From assembly GCA_965204375.1 (NCBI GenBank), contig OZ241986.1:5664001-5728000 (forward strand): a stretch of 64,000 nt of DNA. Direction: 5' to 3'. This document shows positions 29,888-39,152 of this stretch, piece after piece. The notes under the pieces are model-generated. The model had not been told where the DNA came from. It saw only the letters and a list, made by a program, of their open reading frames with translations, and ran no database searches. Both the position numbers and the translations under genes were made by a program. The stretch is from Candidatus Latescibacterota bacterium. Its GTDB lineage: Bacteria > Latescibacterota > UBA2968. Every line of letters begins with the position of its first letter. The stretch's first letter is position 1.

Positions 29888-32800
29888 ATGCAAAAGATAC
29901 TCTCAATAATTGTGCTGGCCTTGCTTGTTAGCGCGGGTGTTTCACATGCCGCGATAACGGGAAAAGTGCAGGGTACCGTGCGCGACGCGCAGACGGGTGA
30001 GATCGTGCCGGGTGCCAATGTGGTGATCGATGGTACACAGCGCGGTGGAGTCACCGATGCCGATGGATTCTTTGTAATTTTGCTCGTCGATCCCGGCACG
30101 TATTCAATGACGGCCTCGTTAGTGGGTTATGATTCACAGCGTCAGACCGACATCAGGGTTCAAACTGACTTGACGACGACGGTTGATTTCCAGATTCGGG
30201 AAGCAACTCTGGAGTTGGGTGAAATCACGGTGATTGCAGAGCGTCCGCCGGTTGAGCCAGATAAGACGACGAGTAAATATATTATGAGTGCCGAAGATCT
30301 CGAGGCTGTGCCCATCGTGCGCGATATGGGTGAGTTCATCGAGCTTCAGGCTGGTGTTTCAATCGATGCCGATGGTAATGAGCTTCAGATCCGCGGCGGC
30401 GACCCCGACCATGTGGCATACATCGTGGATGGCGTTCGCATTGCTTCGAGTGCTCGCTCGGGTATTGGTCGGAGCCTGAACAAGAGTGCGGTTCAGGAAC
30501 TCCAGGTGATTACGGGTGGTTATAACGCCGAGTATGGCAATGCCCAGGGTGGTGTGGTTTCGATGGTGACGCGCGATGGCGGTTCGGCATACAGCGGTAT
30601 GCTGGACTATCGATTCACACCTGCCGGACAGAAGCACTGGGGTGCGAATGTGTACGATTCGCCAATGCACCGGGGCAGCAACAGGTGGGATAGTGCCGAC
30701 TGGGTTGCAGAGCAGATCGAGATCCCCGCTGACCTGGATGGCGATGGTGCCAATGACATCGTGCAGGCGCACAAGCGTCTGGACTACACGGGCAAAATGG
30801 GACATCGCATCGATGCCAATATCGCGGGTCCACTGAGTCAGGACATGACATTTTTTGCCAGCACGGTCTGGCGCAAAGAGCCGTCGGCATTGCTGAATGC
30901 CAATTTGACGACGCCCCCGAATACGCGCAATACGGCGAAGCTGACGTTTTCCGCGTCTCCCAGCTTGAAGTTGCGAGCAGGGGGGATTTACAATTGGAGG
31001 GAAGGTACCTCTAGCGGCCCGAGCGAAGGCGGCAGGTTGGATTTGCGCAACGCTGGTAAAAATATCTTTTTACACGTCGTAAATCCAACGGGTAATTTCA
31101 TTGCCACAGATGCGTTGTTTTACGGTGCTGTGACGCATTCCCTGTCTCCCAAGACTTTTTACGAAGTGAATCTGGCCTATTCGACGACGGACCGCGATAC
31201 AACGGGTTTTCATGGCCACTCTGTCGTGGATGAAGATCTGACGTCTTCCAGCACAAAGGATGCGGCGGGTCACTACACGATTTACCGCGAAGTGTCCAAC
31301 TGGGCCCTGTCGAGTTACAAACGATTGAGCTTTAAGGCAGATCTTTCCAGCCAGGTGAACAAGCAGAACTTTGTGAAAGCCGGCGTGGAAGTGATCCGCT
31401 ACGACAACTGGTATCAGCGTTGGTGGTCAAATGGTCCCACGCACCGTAGCCTTATTTGGTTCTCCAAGAATTATACAGATACGGCATTCTGGCCGAATGG
31501 GAATAATGTGGGCCTCAATCCCATTGATTTTGGTGTTTATATTCAGGACAAGATCGAGTTTGAGGGAATGATCGTGAATGCGGGCCTGAGGGGCGAGCTT
31601 TTCTTCCCGAATACCTATATCAAAGACACCGATGCCTGGTACGGTGCTAAGGCACCCTGGAATGGCATGACGCGTTCCGCCTATATTCCCACAACCAAGG
31701 GACCCACGATCAAAGCATTTCAGCCTCGCGTTGGCGTGTCGCATCCGATTACGGAAAAGAGTCTCGTGCGCTTCTTCTACGGTCGGTTTACGCAGCGCCC
31801 GACTCTCAGCCAAATGTTCCAGAACCAGTTCACGTCCAATGAGGCCGTGGATAGGGATCTGAATGGCAATGGTGCAATTGATCCCGGTGAGCAGTTCAAC
31901 GAGTTCAATGACTCTGGCTCACGGCACGGCACTCCGTATTTGCCTCCCGAAGAAACCACTTCTTTTGAAGTGGGCCTGGACTGGAACTTTGTGGGTGATT
32001 ATGTGCTCGGTCTGACGACTTATTACAAGGCGTCGGGCAATGAGATCAGAAATGCCTCACAGCAGTGGATTGATCCAGGAGGCCATCAGTATGTGACGGG
32101 TGTTCAAGGCCATGGACCGGGCAACTGGCGCGATGTTCGCGGTTTTGAGATCAATTTGCGCAAGAAATTCTCGAACATGTTCGCGTTCAATGTGGGCTAC
32201 AACCTGCAGTGGGCAGACGGAGGGCGCAATAGCGCGCACCGCCGCGATGTGTGGCCCGATTCTCAGTTCGTAGCCAGTGGTTACTACTTTAACACCTGGG
32301 ATGTCGATCCCACGACGGGTGCAGAGACTCCCGTATCACTGCGTGAAAAAGCTCGTCGCGAAGGATTACCCGAGGATCACTACATCGTCCAGTATGGAAG
32401 ACAAGCGAATATTTATTTGCGGAGTCAACATACCAGAATCGTGAATTTCACCGGCACAGGTGGTGCGTGGTCGTGGATTCCGTGGTATTCTCACTATTCG
32501 GCAGATGGCGCGCAGTTTATCGCCAATGAAGCCCGTACGAGCCTGGGCCATTACGACGATGGAGACAGAGAATTCTGGGAACGCGCTGGCAACCATCCCG
32601 GCAATCCGGGAAGTGGCGAAGGCACGCTGGCGGTGGCGCACAACCAGGAATCTGGCGAGCGTGCCCCGCTGACAGCTGATCGCCGCAGCTTTGGTTCGAT
32701 TACGTTCTTGTTTGCCACGCCATCGAACTACGGTCCTTTTGGTGGCAAAGCCTTAGGCAATATTCGTTCCAATCTGGTGTATTATCTTTACGCGGGTAAC

Positions 32801-33148
32801 AGGTTCACGTATAGCACGGGTGGTATTCAGGGATTTCGACAGGGTCCCCTCCATACGCGTGCAGACTTCAATGCCGAGAAGGTGTTTGGCAATATGTCGG
32901 CCGTGAACATAACCGTGGCTGTGGAGATCTACAATTTGTTCAATCAGAAGGACTGGCGCCAGAATAGCCTTGGTGGGGTTCCGGAAGATTGGGATTCCGA
33001 TCGCTATCAGAAGTATGGAATCATGGGCTTAGAGCCTACCAATGTCGATATTGTTGCGCTGGGTCTGCAAGCACCGGAAATCAACGATATCGGTAACTAT
33101 TGGGATTCTCCACGCGAGATGCAATTCAGCTTGCGCATTAAGTTTTAG
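29888..33148 (+). CDS. TonB-dependent receptor with N-terminal carboxypeptidase-regulatory-like domain
   Basis: GKVQGTVRDAQTGE, plug motif TGGYNAEYGNAQGGVV, C-terminal Phe. Confidence 0.93.
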   Translation: MQKILSIIVLALLVSAGVSHAAITGKVQGTVRDAQTGEIVPGANVVIDGTQRGGVTDADGFFVILLVDPGTYSMTASLVGYDSQRQTDIRVQTDLTTTVDFQIREATLELGEITVIAERPPVEPDKTTSKYIMSAEDLEAVPIVRDMGEFIELQAGVSIDADGNELQIRGGDPDHVAYIVDGVRIASSARSGIGRSLNKSAVQELQVITGGYNAEYGNAQGGVVSMVTRDGGSAYSGMLDYRFTPAGQKHWGANVYDSPMHRGSNRWDSADWVAEQIEIPADLDGDGANDIVQAHKRLDYTGKMGHRIDANIAGPLSQDMTFFASTVWRKEPSALLNANLTTPPNTRNTAKLTFSASPSLKLRAGGIYNWREGTSSGPSEGGRLDLRNAGKNIFLHVVNPTGNFIATDALFYGAVTHSLSPKTFYEVNLAYSTTDRDTTGFHGHSVVDEDLTSSSTKDAAGHYTIYREVSNWALSSYKRLSFKADLSSQVNKQNFVKAGVEVIRYDNWYQRWWSNGPTHRSLIWFSKNYTDTAFWPNGNNVGLNPIDFGVYIQDKIEFEGMIVNAGLRGELFFPNTYIKDTDAWYGAKAPWNGMTRSAYIPTTKGPTIKAFQPRVGVSHPITEKSLVRFFYGRFTQRPTLSQMFQNQFTSNEAVDRDLNGNGAIDPGEQFNEFNDSGSRHGTPYLPPEETTSFEVGLDWNFVGDYVLGLTTYYKASGNEIRNASQQWIDPGGHQYVTGVQGHGPGNWRDVRGFEINLRKKFSNMFAFNVGYNLQWADGGRNSAHRRDVWPDSQFVASGYYFNTWDVDPTTGAETPVSLREKARREGLPEDHYIVQYGRQANIYLRSQHTRIVNFTGTGGAWSWIPWYSHYSADGAQFIANEARTSLGHYDDGDREFWERAGNHPGNPGSGEGTLAVAHNQESGERAPLTADRRSFGSITFLFATPSNYGPFGGKALGNIRSNLVYYLYAGNRFTYSTGGIQGFRQGPLHTRADFNAEKVFGNMSAVNITVAVEIYNLFNQKDWRQNSLGGVPEDWDSDRYQKYGIMGLEPTNVDIVALGLQAPEINDIGNYWDSPREMQFSLRIKF

Positions 33149-33390
33149 ATCGCGGAAGGGCGCGGTTTTGTGCGCCCTTCTAAAAAAATGGGAACTTCTG
33201 ATCCCAGCTATTAGTTTATACTGTACTACAAAACTAACGGATTTGAGTGGTGTGCAGGGGCGCCTGCGCACCGCCGGCTTCACGCAGAAAGGAGGGATGG
33301 CCGACATTTTCGCTTGAAGTCGCCGGGGTAAACGCAGTAGATCGCAAGTAGTAAAGATGTCATCAATCACTCCATAGAGGAGCAGTATCC

Positions 33391-36048
33391 ATGTCCAAAA
33401 AGCTCTGGTTTTACGCTTCCGGATTTTTCGCCGGAGTTGGCATGTGCCTGGCGGGTCTGGTCACACAGGCTCAGGCTCAATGGCCCGGCAATGCCAGAAT
33501 CTCGATGTCCCGGGGTCAGATCGGTCACACGCTCCACAATCCGGGCATGACGGGAAAAAAAGATAACGAGACAAAGCTGGCACAGTCTTCGTTTTCGTAT
33601 CCTCAGGGCCGCAATATCAAGGTGTATTCGGGCGGTTCTGAGCGCGAAGGCTGGAATGCCAAGTCGAATACAGGTGGTGAAGGCTTCTGGGTGCTTTCCA
33701 ATACGGGAGGCAGTCCCCACGGTACGTATGCTGGTCCGCGTATTACGTCTTCAGACCTGATTGGTCGCCCCCACGATATGACGCAGATGCCCGAAGCCTA
33801 TGTAGGCGTTGTAGAAGATGGGTCCTGGGCAATGGCGATTCGCAGAGATAGTGGTGCGGACGCGCCCAATATCGCGGGATCAACAGTTGCAGACCGCCGG
33901 ACCAACTGGTGGCCCGCAGCCCACGGTATTTCCAATGCATCGCCTGGAACGAATAGGGCAGTTGTGGTCTGGAACTTCCGTTTTGGCCGCTACAACAGCA
34001 ATGAGTCTTTTGCCAATCGCATTGGTTCTGGAGAATTGCCTCAGTATAGCGCGCCTTCGTGGGTAGAGTCGCTGTCTGAAGATGATTTTCCCGAGTTGAT
34101 CGGTATTCAGGAAGGCGGTTCTTCTGCCACGGGTCTGGAATGGACGCGCAAGTGGTTTTCCACGGCGCATCCGGATCACGATGAGTATTTTGTCGTTGAC
34201 AACGAAGTGGTGAACAATTCGGGTTCGACGGCCGAGGGTGTTTATATTACCTTTGCCAACCGCTTCCACGCAGGCCAGGCTTCTGGCTGGCGGTCAACAT
34301 CGTGGAATCGCCCGCGCGATTACACGCGCGATGATTATTATCGCAATACATTGGCAGCCAATTACCTCAATGGCGTCAGCCGTGGGGATTACACCTCTGC
34401 GCTTGGCAGATCTGCTGGTTTGCAGCGCGGCGTTGACCTTGCCAATGACGGTCATTTTATGACGTATTACCACGATGGGGACTCCGATCATATTTCCAAT
34501 CTGATCAATGATTTGGGCGATCCCTATCGCTATGCTATCGCCCGTGAGCGCTATACCCGCGAGCAGACGTGGGTGCGCGAGGGGATGATTCAGCACGGTC
34601 AGTATTTTGGCTTGGGCACAGTGGATGCCTTCCCGCCGTTTATGCGTTATGGCGGCGTGGATGATGCGATGTATGTGTCACCACACGACAATCCGGCCAC
34701 AGGGCACGATGAGAGCATGCAGCAGCCTGCCTCGGTGCTCTTCCATGCCTATCGCGGTAAGAATGACTTTGACTATCCCTCGCCAGACCGTGCGGGCGAT
34801 GGTCAGATTTACGACGCAGTAGCCAATGGGGGTTATACCGCTGAAAATGAAGCCCCCGGGCATTATACCACGCTGGTTTCTTATGGACCTTACACGCTGG
34901 CACCGGGTGAGAAGGCCAAAGTGGTGGTCGCCTATGTGGTGGGATTAGCAGCAGATCACGCCAAGTATGCCGATTACAAGAAGTATGCTCAGCCCTTTAA
35001 TATGGGCTGGATGAACCACTATGGTGGCAGGGGATCTGAGCCTACGAAGTTGGCGGATCGCCAGCCTGAGATTCCCCTTGGTGAAGATGTGATGTTCGAT
35101 CACTTTGAGAATGCCATTCAGTGGTACAACTGGGGTTATGATCTTCCCAACCAGCCGCCCAATACCAAGGTGGCGTGGGATTCCAACCTGCAGGGCAAGA
35201 CGCAGATTCGGTGGAGTGTCTTTGGTGAAGAAGCAATGGATCCAGATTATTCTGGCGCCGAGGCACAGGATTTGCGCGGATATCGCATCTATCGCTCGTC
35301 TGTAGAGTATCAGGGCGAGTGGGAGTATGTGACCGAGTTTTCTTTCGAAGATGCGCGTGCGGGCAATTTGCCCACGGGTGTCTCCTTTGAACCTTCTCGT
35401 ACGTGGACAACGGTTAAGAGTGGTTCCTGGCCAACGGGTATTCCACTGACGACCAACCAGTACGCTGATGTTGGTGAGCACGGTGCTCTCAATCCCGCTG
35501 CTGGTCCCGAAATTCCCGGCACGTACCTGTTTGACGATCAGGGCACAAACGCAGGCTTCCCCAACTGGTATAGCGTGCGTTTGTATGACTCTGGTCACGG
35601 TGATTGGAATGGCGTGAGCAGCGTCGATGCCCTTGAAGCCGCGCAGAACACCTCTTTGGGTGCTGTGTATGGTTCTCGCTCGGGTATTGTTCCCGTGGTT
35701 CCGGGTGCAGCGGTGTTTGATCGCCTCGAAGAGCAGGTTCGCGTGGTTCCCAATCCGTTTAAGGTGGATAGCGATTTGCATACGTATAACCGTCAGCAGA
35801 ATATGCGGTTTACCAATTTGCCGGGTCGCTGTCAGATCGACCTTTACGATGTGACGGGTCAGCGGATCTGGACCTTCTACAACCAGGATCCTCTGAAGGG
35901 CGAAGTGACGTATATCCAGCTTGCGGAGAACCGTCCGTCTAACTTTGGTGAGGCGATGTTCCCGGGCATTTACTTCTGGAAGGTCACGTCTCTGATGCCG
36001 GGTTCAGAAGGCAAGACGCAGACCGGCACGTTCGTGATCATCAAGTAA
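33391..36048 (+). CDS. Large secreted protein with T9SS CTD-like C-terminal domain
   Basis: Signal peptide; FN3-like GYRIYRS; tail VVPNPF...FTNLP...IDLYDVTG...PGIYFWKV...GTFVIIK. Confidence 0.82.
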   Translation: MSKKLWFYASGFFAGVGMCLAGLVTQAQAQWPGNARISMSRGQIGHTLHNPGMTGKKDNETKLAQSSFSYPQGRNIKVYSGGSEREGWNAKSNTGGEGFWVLSNTGGSPHGTYAGPRITSSDLIGRPHDMTQMPEAYVGVVEDGSWAMAIRRDSGADAPNIAGSTVADRRTNWWPAAHGISNASPGTNRAVVVWNFRFGRYNSNESFANRIGSGELPQYSAPSWVESLSEDDFPELIGIQEGGSSATGLEWTRKWFSTAHPDHDEYFVVDNEVVNNSGSTAEGVYITFANRFHAGQASGWRSTSWNRPRDYTRDDYYRNTLAANYLNGVSRGDYTSALGRSAGLQRGVDLANDGHFMTYYHDGDSDHISNLINDLGDPYRYAIARERYTREQTWVREGMIQHGQYFGLGTVDAFPPFMRYGGVDDAMYVSPHDNPATGHDESMQQPASVLFHAYRGKNDFDYPSPDRAGDGQIYDAVANGGYTAENEAPGHYTTLVSYGPYTLAPGEKAKVVVAYVVGLAADHAKYADYKKYAQPFNMGWMNHYGGRGSEPTKLADRQPEIPLGEDVMFDHFENAIQWYNWGYDLPNQPPNTKVAWDSNLQGKTQIRWSVFGEEAMDPDYSGAEAQDLRGYRIYRSSVEYQGEWEYVTEFSFEDARAGNLPTGVSFEPSRTWTTVKSGSWPTGIPLTTNQYADVGEHGALNPAAGPEIPGTYLFDDQGTNAGFPNWYSVRLYDSGHGDWNGVSSVDALEAAQNTSLGAVYGSRSGIVPVVPGAAVFDRLEEQVRVVPNPFKVDSDLHTYNRQQNMRFTNLPGRCQIDLYDVTGQRIWTFYNQDPLKGEVTYIQLAENRPSNFGEAMFPGIYFWKVTSLMPGSEGKTQTGTFVIIK

Positions 36049-36078
36049 GGCGCAAGGCCAATAGAAAGGAGAAAGACA

Positions 36079-37095
36079 ATGTTGAAGAAAGCACTGCTTT
36101 TCGGTCTGGCTGTTGTCCTTGCCCTGCCGATGTATGCACAGGCTCAGGAAGAGCGGCCGACCCAGGCTTCGTTAGGACCTTTTCCCGTGGATAGGACGCG
36201 CATTCCACCTGAAACAGATCTGATTAAGTATGCGCGTGTGACGACCACGTCTTATGGTTTCTTGAAGCTGACGGGCAATGCGCGCTCAGCAGGTATGGGT
36301 GATGCGTATTCGTCTGTTGGCAATGATCTGTCGGCGGTCTTTTACAATCCCGCTGGTGCAACACAGATCGAGCGCTACGCGCTGACAGCTTCTTATCTGA
36401 AGTGGATTGTGGGGTCCTCCATGGGCACGTTTGCCATTGGTGCCAAGACGAATGTGGCGACCTTTGCAATCAACTTTGCGTATTTTACCACAGATGAGTT
36501 TGAAGAGACCACATCCTCTCAACCCGGTGGCACGGGACGCATGGCCACCGCTGGCGATATGGCTGTTGGATTGACCATAGCCAAGCAGGTGACGGATAAG
36601 TTGAGCGTGGGTGGTAATCTGCGCTGGGTTCAGGAAGACCTGGATTTGCAGTCGTATTCCTCGTATGATATAGATTTTGGTACGCTCTTTTATACGGGCT
36701 TCCATTCCACGCGTCTGGGTATGTCGATGCGCAACTTGGGCGGCGACCAGGACGTGATTGGTCAGAAGGCGCGTTTCCCGATGGTGTTCAATCTGTCGGG
36801 TGCTGCTGAAGTCTATGGCAATCTGGGCGATCCACTGTCGCTGACGATAGCTGTTGAACAGATGTTCTTCACGGATTCGATTAACCGTTATCACTTTGGC
36901 GCGGAAGCATGGATACAGAACATGCTGGCGTTGCGTGGTGGTTACAAGATCGGTTATGACTCCGAGTCGTGGACTGTGGGTGCAGGCTTGCGTCAGAAGT
37001 TAGGCGATCAGAGTGTGGGTGTGGATGTTTCGTATTCAAGGGCTGAGGCACTTGATGAATATCCGATTCGCGTCTCTGTTGGCATTGGCTTCTAA
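36079..37095 (+). CDS. PorV/PorQ family outer-membrane protein
   Basis: FLKL..NARSAGMGDA, AVFYNPAG, terminal Phe. Confidence 0.88.
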   Translation: MLKKALLFGLAVVLALPMYAQAQEERPTQASLGPFPVDRTRIPPETDLIKYARVTTTSYGFLKLTGNARSAGMGDAYSSVGNDLSAVFYNPAGATQIERYALTASYLKWIVGSSMGTFAIGAKTNVATFAINFAYFTTDEFEETTSSQPGGTGRMATAGDMAVGLTIAKQVTDKLSVGGNLRWVQEDLDLQSYSSYDIDFGTLFYTGFHSTRLGMSMRNLGGDQDVIGQKARFPMVFNLSGAAEVYGNLGDPLSLTIAVEQMFFTDSINRYHFGAEAWIQNMLALRGGYKIGYDSESWTVGAGLRQKLGDQSVGVDVSYSRAEALDEYPIRVSVGIGF

Positions 37096-37119
37096 GGAGC
37101 TTTTCCCACCAGATACACT

Positions 37120-37154
37120 AAAGGTTGCGGTCGAAAGATCGCAGCCTTTTTTTT
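37120..37154 (+). terminator. Intrinsic terminator
   Basis: AAGGTTGCGGTC-GAAA-GATCGCAGCCTT followed by a T-run. Confidence 0.85.
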
Positions 37155-37328
37155 GATCGCGGATTTTCGCGGATTTTTGGATTTCGCTGATGAAAGGCGA
37201 GAAAACAAACGTTCAGCGGTGTATTTAACCGCCTGCATTGGTCTTTATCACCAATGTCAGGCGGTTTTTTTATACCTTAAAATCTTTATTTATATAAAAA
37301 ACAACAAGATAGAATCTGAAAGATGTTT

Positions 37329-37344
37329 TGGCACAGATATTGCA
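37329..37344 (+). promoter_or_regulatory. sigma54 promoter of the pspA operon
   Basis: TGGCAC-AGATA-TTGCA with an AT-rich tract upstream. Confidence 0.8.
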
Positions 37345-37395
37345 TAGAGATAGTGTGCGTTTGATCGATAACCAAAAATCAAAAGGAGATATACC

Positions 37396-38067
37396 ATGGG
37401 TACTTTTTCAAGAATAAGCAATGTGGTCCGCGCTGAGGTTGACGATGTTCTGAATAAGATAGAGGATCCCAGGAAGATGGTGCGACAGATGGTTCGGGAT
37501 ATGGAGGACGCGCTGGATGATGCGGTGGTTGCCGTGGCACAGGCGATGGCCAGTGAGAAGTTGCTGTCGCGTCGGATTGCACAGAAGCGGGAAGAGTCGG
37601 CTTTGTGGGCGCGCAAGGCAGAGGATGCTATGGATGCTGGCGAGGAGGAACTGGCACGGAAAGCGCTGTTTCAGAAGGTGGCGGTTGATGAAGCGGTCAA
37701 TACACTGCAAAAAGCACGGGATGAAGCGGAAGAGGTGACGGCGACGCTGAAGCAGCGACTCGCTGAACTGAAGGCGAAGTTGGCGTCTGCCCGTGCGCAG
37801 CAAAGCACGCTGGCGATTCGCAGGCAGGTGGTGGTGCAGGAGATGCGACAAGATGCGCGTGTAGAGGCTTATGATCGGTTTGTTCGGGATGTGGCGCGCG
37901 AGGAAGCGACGGCTGAGATCTATGCCGAGATGGCGGGCGATGCTCAGTTGGAAGAAGAGTTTGATCAACTGGAGCGAAAGCAGCGCGTCGAGGCGGAGAT
38001 GCAGGTGTTGAAGGAGAAAGTGAAACAGAGCGCACGCCAGAATGATGAATCTGAGGAGGAGAAGTAA
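37396..38067 (+). CDS. pspA: PspA/IM30 family protein
   Basis: MGTFSRISNVVRA...IEDPRKM, GEEELARKAL, coiled coil. Confidence 0.9.
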   Translation: MGTFSRISNVVRAEVDDVLNKIEDPRKMVRQMVRDMEDALDDAVVAVAQAMASEKLLSRRIAQKREESALWARKAEDAMDAGEEELARKALFQKVAVDEAVNTLQKARDEAEEVTATLKQRLAELKAKLASARAQQSTLAIRRQVVVQEMRQDARVEAYDRFVRDVAREEATAEIYAEMAGDAQLEEEFDQLERKQRVEAEMQVLKEKVKQSARQNDESEEEK

Positions 38068-38069
38068 TT

Positions 38070-38258
38070 ATGTTCGCAAAATTATTCGGCATCGCCTTGC
38101 TGGCCGTCGGTGGGTTTGTTGCATTTTGCTTGCTGATGGCTCTCGTTGGAACGATTTTTAGTATTTTGATTTTTGCGTTGAAGGTGGCAATCCCCGTGGT
38201 GCTGGTGTATCTGGGGTATCGGTTGATCACGAGAAATAGGCATCAGGTTACGTATTGA
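38070..38258 (+). CDS. Small membrane protein (Psp/Lia accessory-like)
   Basis: 62 aa, hydrophobic, 2 nt after the pspA stop. Confidence 0.75.
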   Translation: MFAKLFGIALLAVGGFVAFCLLMALVGTIFSILIFALKVAIPVVLVYLGYRLITRNRHQVTY

Positions 38259-38259
38259 C

Positions 38260-39150
38260 CTATTCTTTTTTCGCATTGCCATCCGAGTGTGGAGCCACAC
38301 TCATTGGCACGGCACTCCGCACATGCAAATCTCGCTGCGGGAATGGAATCGTAATATTCCGCTCTCGGAATGCCTGGACAATTGCAAAATTCAAATCACT
38401 GATCACAAATAACTGACGGGGTGGATCCTCAATCCAAACCAGCAAATCAAAATTCAGAGAACTATCGCCAAAGCCCAGAAACTGCATCTGCGGCTCGGGA
38501 TCGGACAAAACCTCTGGATGCGCCCGTCCCACCTCCAACAACGTCTCCGCGACCAGTTCCACATCGGCACCATAAGACACGCCCACAGATGCATGAATAC
38601 GCACTTTTGACTCTTGAAAGCTCCAGTTTGTGACATTTTCAGATAGAAATTTTGAATTGGGCACAATAATCGTCACATTATCCAAGGTATAGACCTTTGT
38701 GCTATAGGCATTGACCGCCTGCACACGGCCTTGCACACCATCTACCTCCACAAAATCTCCCTCCTGCACGGGGCGCTCAAATAACATAATGAGTCCACTG
38801 ATAAAATTGTGGGTAATAGTTTGCAACCCCAAACCAATCCCCACCAGCAATACCGCACTAACCGCTGCCAATGTCGTCAGATTAATCCCGGTATATTCTA
38901 TGGCGATAAATATGCCGATGCACATGATAACAATGTGCAATAGGCGACATATAGCTGACTGCGAACCTTTATTTATATGTATCTGTTCAAACACGCTACG
39001 CCGCAACAGGCGTTGCAAAAATCGCGATATCCCATACGCAATAAGGATAATCAGCGTCGCCGTCAGCAAAATGGCTGGCGTTATTTCTATTTCGCCAAAA
39101 GAAACGAGTGGTTCCTCAATTACCTTGCGTAAATTATCCCAGGGATTCAT
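38260..39150 (-). CDS. MscS family mechanosensitive channel
   Basis: GIGLGLQ, NFISG..LFERP, IVPNS, FGDSSL, IPFPQRD. Confidence 0.93.
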   Translation of the reverse strand: MNPWDNLRKVIEEPLVSFGEIEITPAILLTATLIILIAYGISRFLQRLLRRSVFEQIHINKGSQSAICRLLHIVIMCIGIFIAIEYTGINLTTLAAVSAVLLVGIGLGLQTITHNFISGLIMLFERPVQEGDFVEVDGVQGRVQAVNAYSTKVYTLDNVTIIVPNSKFLSENVTNWSFQESKVRIHASVGVSYGADVELVAETLLEVGRAHPEVLSDPEPQMQFLGFGDSSLNFDLLVWIEDPPRQLFVISDLNFAIVQAFRERNITIPFPQRDLHVRSAVPMSVAPHSDGNAKKE

Positions 39151-39152
39151 AC

